NCBI GenBank assembly: GCA_903813345.2
Contig: CAIIXF020000001.1
Coordinates: 21,390,001 to 21,454,000, forward strand
DNA length: 64,000 nt
Direction of reading: 5' to 3'
From: Owenia fusiformis
Lineage: Eukaryota
Shown here: positions 42,301 through 57,300 of the stretch, in pieces
How positions within the stretch are numbered: position 1 is the stretch's first letter
Layout: the number at the start of each line of letters is the position of its first letter
Program-made: the position numbers and the translations under genes
The notes under the pieces: model-generated
Database searches by the model: none
Seen by the model: only the letters and a program-made list of their open reading frames with translations
Told to the model about the DNA's origin: nothing

Positions 42301-45300
42301 AAACTTTTTTAAACTTTTGAAAAATTCCCGGCAGCGGGATGGATATATTATATCTGCCCGCATTTGGCCTGGAGCGGGACATATACAATATCTTTGCCCG
42401 CTCCTCAGATACGATATATATTCCCGGGTGATATCTACCCCAAACCCACTCAAGTATGAGATACATATGCAGATGTAATACTAAGGATATATAATGCAGC
42501 GGTATCACTAGGGATATACATGCAGATGTAATACTAAGGATATATAATGCAGCTGTATCACTAGGGATATATATTCAGATGTTATACTAGGATACAAAAT
42601 GCAAACATAATTCTGTGGACATAAAATGCAGCTGTATCACTAGGGATATGCAGATATAATACTTGGAATACACAGTGCTGATATAATACTGTGGACAAAA
42701 AAAAGCAGCTGTACCATTGGGATATATACAGATATTATACTAGGAACTCATGATGAGGATGTAATGCTGTGGACATAAAATGCAGCTGTATCACTGGGAA
42801 TATATATGCAGATATAATACTAGGAACACACAATGAGGATGGAATACTGGGGACATAAAATACAGCTGTATCACTAGGAATATGCAGATGAAATGTTAGG
42901 AACTCACGATGAGGATGGAATACCGTGGACATAGACTGCAGCTGTATCACTAAGAATATATATGCAGATTTTTTTACTAGGAACATAATGCAGATGTAAT
43001 ACTGTGGACATAAAATGCAGCTGTACCATTGGGATATATGCAGATGTTATACTAGGAACACACAATGGGGATGGAATACTAGGGACATAAAATGCAGCTG
43101 TATCACTAGGGATTTACATGCAGCTGTATTACAGGGGATATACATGCAGATATATTAGGGTCATACATGCAGCTGTATCACAAGGACAACATGTAGATGT
43201 ATTAGGGATATACACATTTTAATTTATAATTTGAGTTATACATATATATGAAAATGTAATAAATATGCAATGGTGTATATGCAGTTGCATTATTGTAAAG
43301 AGACTATACATGCAGGGCACCATTCAAAGTACCTGCATATTATCAGGATCTATTATATGTGAGACCCGAGCAGTGTGATAAAAGACAAGAGTTCAAAGAG
43401 CCTGGCTAAGAGGCCTCTTCTTCCAGAGACAATGTAGTATAGATGAATGGGCTACTTTATTATGGTATCTTATTGCTTCATCTCCAGGAACAACAGCTGC
43501 TATAACTGCAACAACTGCAGTAATGATAAGAGCTGCAGCTGCTGTATAACTAGAAATATCCACAAAGTTTTATATGGACAAACATGTTGATACAATATAC
43601 GTAGAAATGTGGAGATTTTTTCAACTCAAGATTTTGTTCATAAATACAGCTGTTCATCAATGTATAGTCCTAAGTATATACCCACAGTCATTGGAGTTGT
43701 CCCAATAGGATACACAATATCTGAGGCTCTAGGCCTGTCATAGGATATGGTTCATAGTTGCTTTGTGAATAACTGTTCTTTTTTACTGAAACCATATGTG
43801 GTACTATATATTTTATTTATATATCACATGTAAATTGGCATAGATACAAAGTACAAAATTATGGAAGTTATGTTACACTTCGTATATTCAATTTATATGA
43901 TATTAATTTATAAGAGGGTTCTGCCAATACAAGGTGCATAAGGGATGGTGTCCAATTGTAAACAGTCATGGAAAAATGAAGTTGATTTTGCTATTGTTTG
44001 ACCCCCCTCATCTAATAGAATTTTAGAATGCTGATTTGTCTTTCACTTGAATTTTAAAAAATCAACGCTATTTGCTAAATAAAGCATCATTTACCTCCTT
44101 TCCCTAAATGAAACTTATTTCACAAGTGTTGATAATTGGAGACTTTCCCTCAAGTGAATTGAATTGGACTTTTACTCTGACATTGATTATTTTTAATGTT
44201 AAGTCTAGCATTTTCTCAAACAAAGGTTAAATAAGGCTTCTATAGTAGGCAATGCAGAACATGTTCCAAATTGAAAGATAAACTAAACGTCTAGCTGGAC
44301 TATTGTAAAGTCTTATTGTATCTATGCTTTCTTGTTAATATAATAGGCAGTCATTTTTTGTAGGAATTTATTTATTCAACATAATTACATACGGTAATAT
44401 GAGAAAATACAATTGCAGGCAGTCCCTCTTACCTTATGACATACTCTGAATATGAAAATATACTTGAATGATATATAGTTAAAGCTGCCTTAATGAACAC
44501 CTCTCTCTTGTGAACACATGTCTCTAATGAACACCCTTCCAACACACCTACTTTACTGACTTTTGTATAGATTGCCCTCTCTGTAGTGAATACCTACTTA
44601 CATTGAATACATTCTTGTGGCTCCATAGGTGTTCACTGCACATAGTACTGTATATCCGAATGTTTTAAATTGCAGTAAGTTTAAATGCTCATCACAATTA
44701 ACAAGTTAATAAAAATCATACAATTGTTGCATTTTCACAAAGTCAAAAAATATATCAAGAATACAACTACAATACAGAGTTAAATCAAAATTCATGTTTT
44801 TCATTCGATTAGACATAACAATATTGTGTATGACTAAATAGACCAGTTACTTTTTGAGAAGTGCTGTTGACCAGCAAGTTTTTATACTGACCACCTGATG
44901 AATTCAAACTGCCAGTCTGTATGACAAGCAGTAAAAAGAAGCTCAGCTCAAGCCCTGGACAGAATATCAACATGACAATTTACTGAACAACGGTCTAGAT
45001 TAATGCCTCATACGTCTTTCCTGAGTATTCTCAGTTTTCAGGAAATTGGCGATATCAATTTAAAAAGTCATATTTTGTTTAAGTACTAACACTGCTAGAA
45101 CTGTCAATGAAATTAGTGAATAACCTCTGAAGATTTTATAGCTATACATACCTATACTTTTTATTATTATTATAATAAAAACTGATGTTAAAAACTTGAT
45201 ACATTGTCATAGAGTAAAAAATGGGACTTCCTTTATTCTAGTATAATTGTTATTGTTATTTGTCAGGCAGAGAATCCATCCCATGAATTTAGCGTGTTTG

Positions 45301-48300
45301 AAGTTAATCATTTGTTGATGTTCCTATATTTTCCAGGAAGTATACCCTGGAATCCAGATGGCGCTGCTTATAAAGGACGTACTTTCAACTGTAGGATGTT
45401 AATAAAACCTCCAGGTAAGTTTCACTTAATACTCATTAGATGGGCCATGTTTATTACTCACTGCTTTATATTGGTTTAGTGGGCCACGTTTATCTTCCGG
45501 GTAAGTCTCTCTAAACTGGTTTATTTAAAGGATACAGTTGCCTCTTGGGTTAGTCTCGCTTGACACTGTTTTTTATAGATATTACAAAGAAAATATATTC
45601 AGTATATGAGTTTGATTATAATTCTTTGTTATCAATTTTTAATCAACCACTTGGTGTGTTTGAACAAACCCCTGGAATTTTTCCAGGTTAGTCGTCTTAT
45701 ATATTTCAATACAATAGCGAATGTCCCTACATCACCTTGTGAGTGTAAGACAGCTTGGCCAACTGGCATGTATTTTGAAAAAGTAGCATAGTGTACTATG
45801 CATACAATGTTAATGGAAATCCATACCATCTCCTATTATCCATTCACTTACAACTGAAATTTTCAAGCACAAGAACTACTGGGAAAATATTGGTTTCCAT
45901 TATTGCTTTCAAAGCAACTTTTATACTCGGTCAATGTTTCATCTTACAGTTAAACATGTCTGTAGTGAACACTGCAGGGACTGGCAGAGAGTGTTCACTG
46001 TAAGGAGTGTTTACTGTAAGGAGTGTTTACTGTAAGAAGTGTTTACTGTAAGGAGTGTTTACTATAAAAGTGTTCACATTAAGAAGTTGTAGTAACATGC
46101 GAGTCAGTGGGACATTAAAACATGAACCTAGACCTTTTCTCAATCTTAACTGGTATCCAAGCAAACCATCAGGTTTCTATTTCTTTTCAAAATATTTGAG
46201 CATTCATTTTTCCGAGAAATTTTCTAGTTATTTTTAAATTGTGTAAATAAGAGTTCACATATTATTATAAGTAGAAATCGCCTCTTTTCATAGAAGACTG
46301 CAAGTTCAAATCTGAACCCAAATCATGTGTATGATCACATTTCTTGCTTATACACATCTTTTGTTTATTGAGATGCAGAGCTAGGGCACCTGGGAATAAT
46401 TCTCCTTTGTTTTAGATGATGAAAATGATGTTGAAGTGAAGCAGACCCACGTATCCCAGTATGAAGGCATGCAGATATCTGCTGTTCTAGTTCCTTACCC
46501 TAATAGCCGGGACAATTTAGGTTTAGCAGATGACACAGGTATGTCCCCTCTAGCATCTTGCATGTTCACTTATTGACCATATATGGAAAATTATTTTTTC
46601 ATTTTCTCTTCTATTAACTTGATATAAAGTGAACCTCTGTAGGTTGAAAACCTCCAATAGATAGCCTCCTCGAATACACCCCCTCCCCCTAAGATACCCT
46701 CATGTACTTCACCCCTAAGGTATGCTTATACACTCCTCCCCTAAGATATCCTCATGTATGTCACCCTCTGAGTTATGCCGATACACCCCTTCTGCTAAGA
46801 TACCCTCATGTACATGTACTTCACCCACTAAGTACATATATGTCACTCACTAAGTTATGCTTATACACCCCTCCCCCAAGATACCCTCATGTACTTCACC
46901 TCCCTCAGGTATGCTCATACACCCAATCCCTCTAATTACCCTCGTGTACTTTGCCCCCTCCCCCTCCTAAGGTATGCTCATATACTACCCCTCTAAGACA
47001 CCCTCATATACAATCCCCTCATATACCCTAATGTACACCTCCCTTTACAATACCCTCATATACATCCCCCTAACATCTCTAAAAAAGAATATCAGTTACA
47101 TTTTCCTCAGTATGGTTTTGAGAAAGCTAAGCTTGCATAAGCTATAAATATATATTCATAATCAGATTTTTATAAAACAAAGGTAATCCTAAATTATAAC
47201 ACTATAGGAATCCATATATGAACTTGTAATATACAAGTTATAATCCCAATGAACAAAGTTTGGGGGGATATAACGGCTCTGTATGAACATCCATCTAGGC
47301 AATAACTCAAATGCCATTGAACCATGTTGATAAAATGGCAGCCAGTTTCAAAATTGCAGCCATTTTGGTTTCAATTTTTGGGGTATTTTAGTTTATGTCG
47401 GATATTGATAATGTTGAAAATCTAATTATTTAAAAAATGTTCAAAATGGCCACCATTTTTATGCGTGTTATTTTACAGTTTTTAATATTACTTGAAAAGA
47501 AATAGGGCGACTTTGTTTAAATTTTATATCTGACTACTTAGAAGCATTTTACACTTTCTTAAAATGTTTTTGGAACGATGGTGGCCATGTTTATGTCACG
47601 TTATTTTTAGTTTTTTGCTGTCACTGAAAAGTTTGTTGAAATTTTACATGTGAATACTAAGGAGAAATATTACACTCTCTTGTTACAATTTTGCTAATTG
47701 GTGGCCATTTATAAAAATAGCAGCCATGGCAATGTGTTCGGATTTGCTAAGCCTTGGCATTGCTGTTATCTAGTTCTGATTTTTATGAACAGTAACATAA
47801 CATAATAAGGCATAAGCTATACTCATAATCTGATTGGAATAAAACAAAGCTTATCCTAAATAAAAACAACTGAAGAAATCCATATCCCGTAGTGGGCTCC
47901 TTTAGTTATAAGGTAATATAACAGGTATACAGGTAATTCTGATTTCAATGAACAGGTCAGGAAGATATACGTGTCATTTTATTACGAATAGTGCATTGTA
48001 GAGTAATATGTTAACTTTGGCTTAAATGTACTTCATTGTTTTCTAGATGGCCAATCATGCTTGGTTTGTATCGCCAGGACACTAGCTATCACTGAGAAGA
48101 GAAATAGCATGCTTGGTATTGAACAGTTCACAACTAAACAGAACATAAACGGACAAATTGTTGGATGTGATACAAGGTATTGAACTAAAATCAACTTGTA
48201 ACAATATATAGATATGTGTGCTAGTACATCTTTTGTTTCACTTGTCCAATCATTTTTTATTCAGTTTATTGATATTTATACATATAATGTTTATCTCTGA

Positions 48301-51300
48301 CTTGTTGGTCCTCTGAACAAATAATCACAATTTATTCAAATTAATCCGACAAATTTTGTGATTATGATGTGACAGTCATGCAAGGACACTGTCATCTTGA
48401 ATTTTGTCATTGTTTTGGTTCAAAGAATTTTTGAAAACCTTGCTTACTATTGACTTGTTTAAAGTATACATAAATGGGTTATGGTCATGGAACAAGGATG
48501 AATTTAGAAATAACCTTGGGAGTGTGTTAATAAATTACATCCTACAGACACATGTCAGGGTTGGCCGTCTCAATATCACAATCTACATGTCAATGTCACA
48601 TTCTCCCATTGATGTTGAAAAATGTATTTTTTACAAATTGTTTCAGTGGAATAAAACCTTCGAAGTACAGATACCCGGACTTTGATGGCCATAATATTAT
48701 TGACTTTGCACACGCAAATGATGTCCAGCTATTAAATAAACATTTACAAGAAGGTAATTTAGAGTCATTTATATTATCTCTCTCTGTATTTTGATTCATA
48801 AGGCATCTAGTTTTTAATTTCTGTAGAGCTATCTGATAAACACATCACTAATTTCTGTCTTGCATCACCATGGATTCCCCTATAAATGTGGATTGAATGA
48901 AATGATAATCATAAAAAAGTGATAATTTCAATATGTAGGTACAACGTATCATATAGATATTATCCCATTGTTCTTAGAACAGACATATGTGTTAATTTTT
49001 TTAATATGATCGTTGTCATTTACCTATTCTAGTGACTAAGAGCGGCAAGAATCCTACAAATCACACGAGCAGTGTTTATAGATTCAAACTCCGAGATAAC
49101 AAATATGTCTTTGTTCAAACTAAGAGTCGTTTATTCAGTAAGCCTGTCACATCAGAGCCTGAGTTTGTCATGTCTACACATTCAATTATTAGGTAAGTAC
49201 ATACAGTATGAGCTTTGTCAATAGATTCAATTTAATAAGTTGGTCAACATTTTCAATCATTAGGGAGTAAAATAAGTTTTTTGCTAGTTTATTCATTCTT
49301 TCCATCTAATCTTAATAAAGAATAACATATACAAGGGGCGAAACATATATTCTGATAAAAATGCTCTCATTTTGCTATTTTTTCACATATCCATCTCATA
49401 TTTTCAGAAAATGTAGATTATGTAATTACACATACAATGCTGAAATATTATAGCTACATCTTAAATTAATTAAGAGATAGGGTACCATGGTAACCTGTAT
49501 TAAGGGTAGGCAGGTCAATTAAATTATAACGTATAAAATATCATAATAACTTGTTATTTTGATTATATTAAAGCATGCGGAAATCATACATTTTTTCTAA
49601 AAAAAGTTTGGTATTGTTTCTCGTTGTTTGTTGCTAAACAAATGTTTATTTGTGATCACTATAACATCACAACAACTCACAATAGCAATGTATGACAGGA
49701 TGGGCAAATTGGAATTACATGTCATGAGACCGCCAAATATCAAAATGACAGATCAGATGAGGTTAGTGCGGCTGTTGCAGAGTGTGACATTAACAGATAC
49801 ATTAGGAGTACCATTAGATTTTATGTACTACCAAGAATAAGTTAGAGGACACTGCCAGAGACATACATGGACTCTTATAGTGTATGGACAAGGTGTTATA
49901 TCTGCTCTAAGGATCTCTAGGTAGTATTGTAAATTTGAGGGAGGTTAGTCACTGTTGAATATCATTCCCAATTTGGTTGCAAGAATAGCTTGCGGACAGA
50001 GAATAACACTACGATAATTTGAGATGCAATTTATGAAAAAAGAACTATTCCACTGTGGAAATAGCAAACAAGGGCAACAGGGGTATGGAGCAGTTCAACG
50101 AATAGTTGGCAATGACCTGGATATGCGTTTGATCTGATTGAAATAGGTACCGAGGAATGATTAAATTAACAAATTTATCTATTGTATACGTTATAATTTA
50201 ACTGACCTGCCTACCCTAAATACAGGTTACCATGGCAACCTTATCTCAAAAATAATTTAAGATATAGCTTTAATAATTTAGCGTTGTATGTATAATTACA
50301 TAATCTTCAACTTCTGAAAACATGAGAGGGATATGTGAAAAAATCACAAAATGAGAGCATTTTTATCAGAATATATGGATCGCCCCTTGTATAGTGGTCA
50401 GTCAATCAATGTCACGACTATTGTAGATTTAAATGTATTCCATATCTACTGAGGTTCTAGGTACTTAACATTTGGGAATGTATAGTGTATTTAGGGATTG
50501 GGTGGATATTTCTGTATCTATCCCTCTTTTGTTAATTATAATTTATCTGTTCTTATTCAATGAAAATGAATTTTTAAATTTCAAAATATTCATATTTAAA
50601 GTTTTAGAATTAAAATTTAAAAAATCATTTTTTTAAATTTCTGAACCTTTGAAGGTAAGATGTATGTAAAACCATAGTTGGACTGGTATGGAATATATCT
50701 GCTATGTATCGTCAGTTTCGGATACAGGGTTTATCCCTTGTGAAATATATGTATCTTCCTCTGTCCCTGCAATACAAATATGTACACATATTTCCCTTGA
50801 GATAAACCCTGTACCCCAAACCTCCCAGTACATCACCCTTATGTATACTTGACATATCATATAATATCTTATATACTTGTTTATTTGCAGAGAATGTGAC
50901 TCAGACATTGAGTTGAAAGGTTCTGCGTCTACTAGTTTAATGAAGTCTATCATTGGTCAAGGTCTCGTCAAAGGGGGGTATGTTTGATTTTCTGGATTTT
51001 CTGTTTCTCCTTAAGGAGATTAAGGTGGTTGTTCACGTTGAGGGCTAAAAATAAATTTACGATGAAGTGAATATATTATTATATCAAAATGACCATGACA
51101 TAATTTTGCTGCATTAAATCAAAAAAGGTTGGTGCCACCAAGTTTTTTCCTTAAAGTTAGAAAACATCTTGATCCTCCATAAGAGAGAAGTTGATGCTGA
51201 ATGACAGGAGTTTTGAATGTTTGAATACAAGAAAATTATAGTTAGTTTAAGAAAATAGTGTAACAGAGAAACATTAAAAATGCTAATACTGGGTATAATT

Positions 51301-54300
51301 CATTAACTCCATCAAAATTATGTATCAATATTAAGTAGAAAAATACTCAAAGAGTGACATCTCAAAATGTTCTTGTCAAAAGCTGAACACTCATCAAATC
51401 ATTGCTCTTATGCTATAGCATGGAGCCACCTTTTGCCAGTGAGCTACTACCTTAAAGGTATAATTTCCTATAAAGACCCGCATGGTCATAATTTACTTGT
51501 ATTAAACAGTGAGTGCTGTACAATTATTTCTGTTTTGAGTTTGATCAGTTGGTGTTAATAAACCCCAATATTTCTTTATTTACAGGGATTCTGAAGCTGC
51601 AAAGCAATTATTAGGACCTTTAGACCCATCTACAAGTAACTCTGGACTGCCCTTATTAGGCTCTCCTAGTATGGCTGGCTCAGGTATGGTCTCCCCACTG
51701 CCAAACCTAAACTTCTTAGATGGCATAGCCACAGACAATATGAGTTTATCAAATGTATTGGAGATGATACCGACAAGTGGACCATGGGACTTGGGCAGTA
51801 TGGACAATGCCTCCTCTGCAAATTCACTTGAGCAAAATGCCAATTTGTATAGTATGGCAGGAAATTTTTCTCAAGCTGTTACGACAAATGCGCACAACCC
51901 CACTTCGCAGTCTTGGAGCAATATGAACTCTATGAGTGGTGTGCGCAAACAGAAAGGACAACAGAATAATATGAACATAACTTTGAATAAAATATTGAAC
52001 TCCTCTATGGGAGGTTTACAGAGCACTCGGCCAGCTCCTTTAAATATTGGGCCCCGTTCTTCAGGTTTTGATCGCACTAGTCCAGGATTTGCAGGGGCTC
52101 AGAGCCCAATATATCAGAACCAAAGAAGCCCCTCGGCTTCATTTCCACGGCCCAGTCGTGGTAGGAGCCCATCCATGAGTGGGTTTATGCCTCAAACATT
52201 GGCAAATCATACTGCAATGAATGGTGGGATGATGACATCTGGGATGAATATGATGTCACCAACTGGAATGAACATGGGGCAGCAGTCCAGTGGATGGAAC
52301 AGCAGCACAAGCGGGACAAACAGCAATCCACAGACTCCTCAACCCAATGTGAGTCCTTGGGGCAATGGGGGTAGCAACCCACAGACCCCTCAGATGATGC
52401 CTCGACAATCCCCTGTTCCCCAAAGCCCTCTCCAGGCATTAAAGAGTATGGAAGCCCAGGCTGGAGTTCTCCAGAATCTTCCAATTATGGTATGTACACA
52501 CAGAGCATATCTATAACTGGTCATGCTCACTTGATATTCTTTTAAAAATTACATGCCACCCTGCTGAATTTGAAAATTGTGTTGTACCAAAATAGTGAAA
52601 ATATTGAAATATTTTGACCAAACTAGGTAAAATAAAATTAGAATTGACACCCAATAACTAACATTTGTTCACTAGACAAGCCCTGGACCTTTGAGTGATG
52701 TTCAATAAATTGCAATACTTAACTATGATACACTATCTCATAAACAGGGTTCCATGGAGCAGATGAAATCACCCGTAATGGCCCAGGCAAGTAGCAGCCG
52801 AGATCCATTGACGATTGACACAAATGTGAAACGAGCTGGAAAGCTTCGTCAGCTCCTGACGACAGACATCTTAGATGCTGACTCACAGTCAGAAAAGGAT
52901 ACAAGTAAGAAATAAGACATTTATGAATGGGTTTTTTGAAAAATCTGTAAAGCAAATCTTGTCTTCAGTGATTATATAAGTTAATGTAATACAAGTGGAT
53001 TGCCAGTAATGGTAATGATTCATTCATATCATACAGTTAAAAATGTCATATATCAGAGATGATTGATTATTTATATATTATGTCAGATTGCTATTGATAT
53101 TGCTGTAAAACTTCTTGAAATCACTTTCAACTTGTATTAACTCATTGATCATCCTCCAAACACAGAGTTCAAGACATCCCAGGTAAGAAGAAAGGAACAG
53201 AGTGGATGATGTCTGGAGACCTGCATTTGGAGGATGCCCATTGATACATAGAGGTTCTAATATGAGTACCTGTTCAAGATCGTCCATTCTTGATGCGCTT
53301 TGATAATTCTTCCTTATCGAGTCACATCTTGCATGGGGTAAAGATGGCTGTATCTTGGTTAGTCATATGAGAAAAATATATCTACATATCCAACCTTGTG
53401 TAGAAGACACATTACTCTTGATTAATTTCAAAGAATGCACAAAAGATTCGCCACTGTATATTTCAGAGAGGAGCAGCAATAGAAGCTCTCCTGCATTCGC
53501 AATAGGCCAGAGCCCCAAGGAGCAACCCCAGAGTACTACCAGCCATGATGCCCCTGACTCGACCAAGCACTCTCCAAAGGAGAAATGTAAGTTAACCTTG
53601 AAAATAATACCATAGATGTGAAGAAATGTATAACCAACCTACTAATATCATTGTTAGCTGTAAGATTTGGTGACGCTTGTGATGACATCTGTATATAACT
53701 AATAAAAACTTTAAACATTAAAAAATTAAAAATGATTATTATTTGAGATTCTGCATGCCTTCCAATACTTTTAAGTGATGAATAGTGAAAATTTAGAGAT
53801 GAAAAGTGAAAATCTAGAGATGAATAGTGAAAAGTAAAACAATTTTTATTAAATGAAAATTTGCCATGTTTTAGAGAATCAGGTTTTTGTCATGAAATTA
53901 TCACATTTTTCACAAAATACAGGTATGACATTTAGAGTATTCTCAAATAATACAGGGTGTCCCAGAAGTAATGATAATTATGCTCTTAAATTTTTATTTG
54001 ACAAGGAAACAATATGAAATTCATACAAATTAAAGTTTAAGATATAAGCTTCATTTTGCTATATTACATTTATGAATTTATACAAAAATATTCCATGTAT
54101 AGTTGCCATAGCAACATGTATGCGCGTTCTGCGGAGCAGTTTCCGTATGTTATAAATGTTCAAACTTAGTTTAGAAAAGCAGTTATTCTGTGATAATGTT
54201 TCAAGCTTTTAAATCATTGTTATGGTAATTGTATACAGTTCCATGATGACACAGCCAGTTTGTACAAGAAATGATAGAGCAGGATAACAAATTGTCTCCA

Positions 54301-57300
54301 GCAAAGAACAGTATGTGGATAAGTGAATCAACAATGTACAATGCTCTTAAGGAATATCAGGAATGAAGTAGCAGCATTACAGTAGTGATGTGAACAGCAG
54401 GGAAACATATGAACATGAAATGTTTTTCAAAAATGTATGAAAAACACACAGCTGCTCCGCAGAACGCGCGTACATGTTGCTATGGCAACTATACATTAAA
54501 TATATTTGTGTCGAGTAATAAATGTAATATAGTAAAATGAAGCTAACATCTTGATCTTTAATTTGTGTGAATTTCATATTGTTTCCATATCAAATAAAAA
54601 TTTTAGAGCATAATTATCATTACTTCTGGGACACCCTGTACATAGCTACATATATTTAAAATATATTGAATTTCACTGTTTACCTCCATGTTGCAGCAAA
54701 CCCTGAGGATAATGTCATTCTGAAGCAGCTGCTGAGCCAAGAAGATGAAGATGAAGAAGATGGAGACACCCAAATGGAGACAACCAGCAAACAAGAGGAT
54801 AACATTGACATGAATAAGAATGAGGCGGAGCCAAAACCAAACAAGAATGAACTGTTAAAGGTTAGATATTTTGTTTTTTTAATAACTAGATACTACAATG
54901 AATCTATTGTTGGATTGGGTTTCTATTTCACTTGTCATTTCTATCTGCGCGGCTCTTTTGATTCTCAAGAAATTGGTGATGTTGACCTTAAAAAGTCATA
55001 TAGACAACTATATAGGCAAATCAATTATGATAATAGTTGCTAATTATTTTGATTACTGCTACATAGTGTAAAATCATTATTGCGCTGATCAGCTTGTTAT
55101 CCCACCGAACGAAGTTCGAGGGGGATATAGAGAAGCCGTCCGTCTGTCCGTCCGTCCGTCCGTCCGTCCGTCTGTCCGGGCGATAACTCCAATACCGGTT
55201 GACGGATTTAGTTCAAATTTTATAGGCTTATGCCTTATGAGTGTAAGACCTCTGCTCGAGAAGGAATTTTCAATATGGCCGCTCAATTCAAAATGGCCGC
55301 CATTTTTCGTAAAAAATGTAATCGTTGATAACTCAAATACAAGTTGACGGATTTGGTTCAAATTTTATATGCTGATGCCTAGGGACAAAGGAGTTTTGCA
55401 CTAAAAGATATTTTCAAGATGGCCGCTTATTTTTTTTAAAATGGCGGCCATTTTTCGTAAAAATATGTAATCTTTGATAACTCAAATACCAGTGAACGAA
55501 TTTGGTTCAAATTTTATATGATGATGCTTGGGGACACAGTTGCTATGTTAGACAAAAAATTTTCAAGATGGCCACTTAATTTCAAAATGGCGGCAATTTT
55601 TCGTAAAAAACGTAATCTTTGATAACTGAAATACCAGTGAACAGATTTGGTTGAAATTTTACATGATGATGCCTAGGGACACAGTAGCTCTGTTCAAGAA
55701 ATAATTTTCAAGATGGCAGCTGAATTTCAAGATGGCGGCCAATTTTCGTAAAAAACTGAAGAATTCTATAAGTAATGTGTTGTTAAATATATAACAACAT
55801 ATACAACATAGTTACAATTGATAGTAAGTGGTACTTAATTTGGAAAATTCAAACATTATCTGTGGGATATATATAAACACACATGAAAATAGTTACGTAT
55901 ACAATTGTTATTAAAAGGTACATACAAGTAATTTGAAAAATTCATATATTGTTTACGTGATAATGAGGTTTAGTAATAAAAAATTACTGCTCTGAAAATT
56001 GGTTTCTATAGAAATAACAAAACGTAGGGTTTGGTAACTATGTGCAGTCAAGTAAATATATGCGAGCTTATACCAAATAATTTATATCAATATAACTCAC
56101 TTCTATTCTCAGCTCGAAGAATATTAACAGCTAAGTATATGTGCTAGCTTAAGAAAAGAGGATTCAAGCAACTTATTTTTGTAATTTATGATTGCAGAAA
56201 TTACTGAATGATGACCAGAGTTCAGATAAGAAAGATAATGGATTAGCTGCCTCACAGAATGCATTACTTCAGGAGCTCCTTATGAAGAGTGGTGAAGATT
56301 CGGACTCTGTAAGTCACAAACATGCTACATAAACACTCTGATTGTTTCCTTTGTGGAACTATTTTTGTCATTGTAGCCATCTAATTCAGATTCAGTTCAA
56401 GCAATATTTATTGTTAAGAATGTAACCATCAATTCTAAAAGGTATTTCAATCAATTTAGGATTTTTGCTATTGTTGATGCATGTATGTTGCCTCTTGTTT
56501 TACAGGAGACCCCTGAGCCTGCTACCACTACAAAGTCATCTAAAGAGAGCCCTGCCGCCAAAAACAGCATGACTCCAAGACAAGATAACCTGACCCAGAG
56601 ACAGAACAGCCTGGCCCAGAGACAAAACAGCCTGGCCCACAGACAAAACAGCTTGGCCCACAGACAAAACAGCATGGAGTCTCAGCAGTTGAGCAAGGCC
56701 AAGGGTCATCAGTTCGCCTCACAGGCGCAGAATGTCTCTGCTCACTTGCCCTTTAATCTAAATCAGGCCCCCTCCCAGATGCCCTCTCAGCAGGTGTCAT
56801 CCCAGCAGGCTTCACAAGGGCAGCAGGTCTCTTCGCAAATGCACTCTCAGACACCACAGGTCTCTTCCCAGCTTCCCCCACAGGCTCAACAAGTGTCCTC
56901 TATTGGGGCAGATGATGAACTTTTGGGACAGATGTTTCCCAATGATGGTCCCGCTGTCAACCTTGATCGCTCGGTGATTAGTCAGGATAAGAATTTACAG
57001 AATTTACTCAGCGAGCTTTGGGAGAGTTCAACAGAGCAGCGTATTGAGCAGAAGGCTGATGTTGCATCCACGCGTGCCCAGAAACGAAAGGCTTCCAGTG
57101 ATGTTGACAGTACAGGGATCGACTTTGGTGGACAGATGTCCCTGGGTTCTATGCTGGAAAGTCCCTCGACATCAACAAATAGGACCAATAACATAGCTCA
57201 AAAAAATGCACTTCTCACTCGACTGCTTACTAAAAATCCAACAAGAGACAACCAAAGAAATGTGATTAAGTCTCCCGTGAGTCCAAGTGAAATGCCACAG

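Noticed and set aside
51580-57194. Minus-strand ORFs overlapping large exons
   Set aside because: Antisense shadows of the GC-richer coding sequence.
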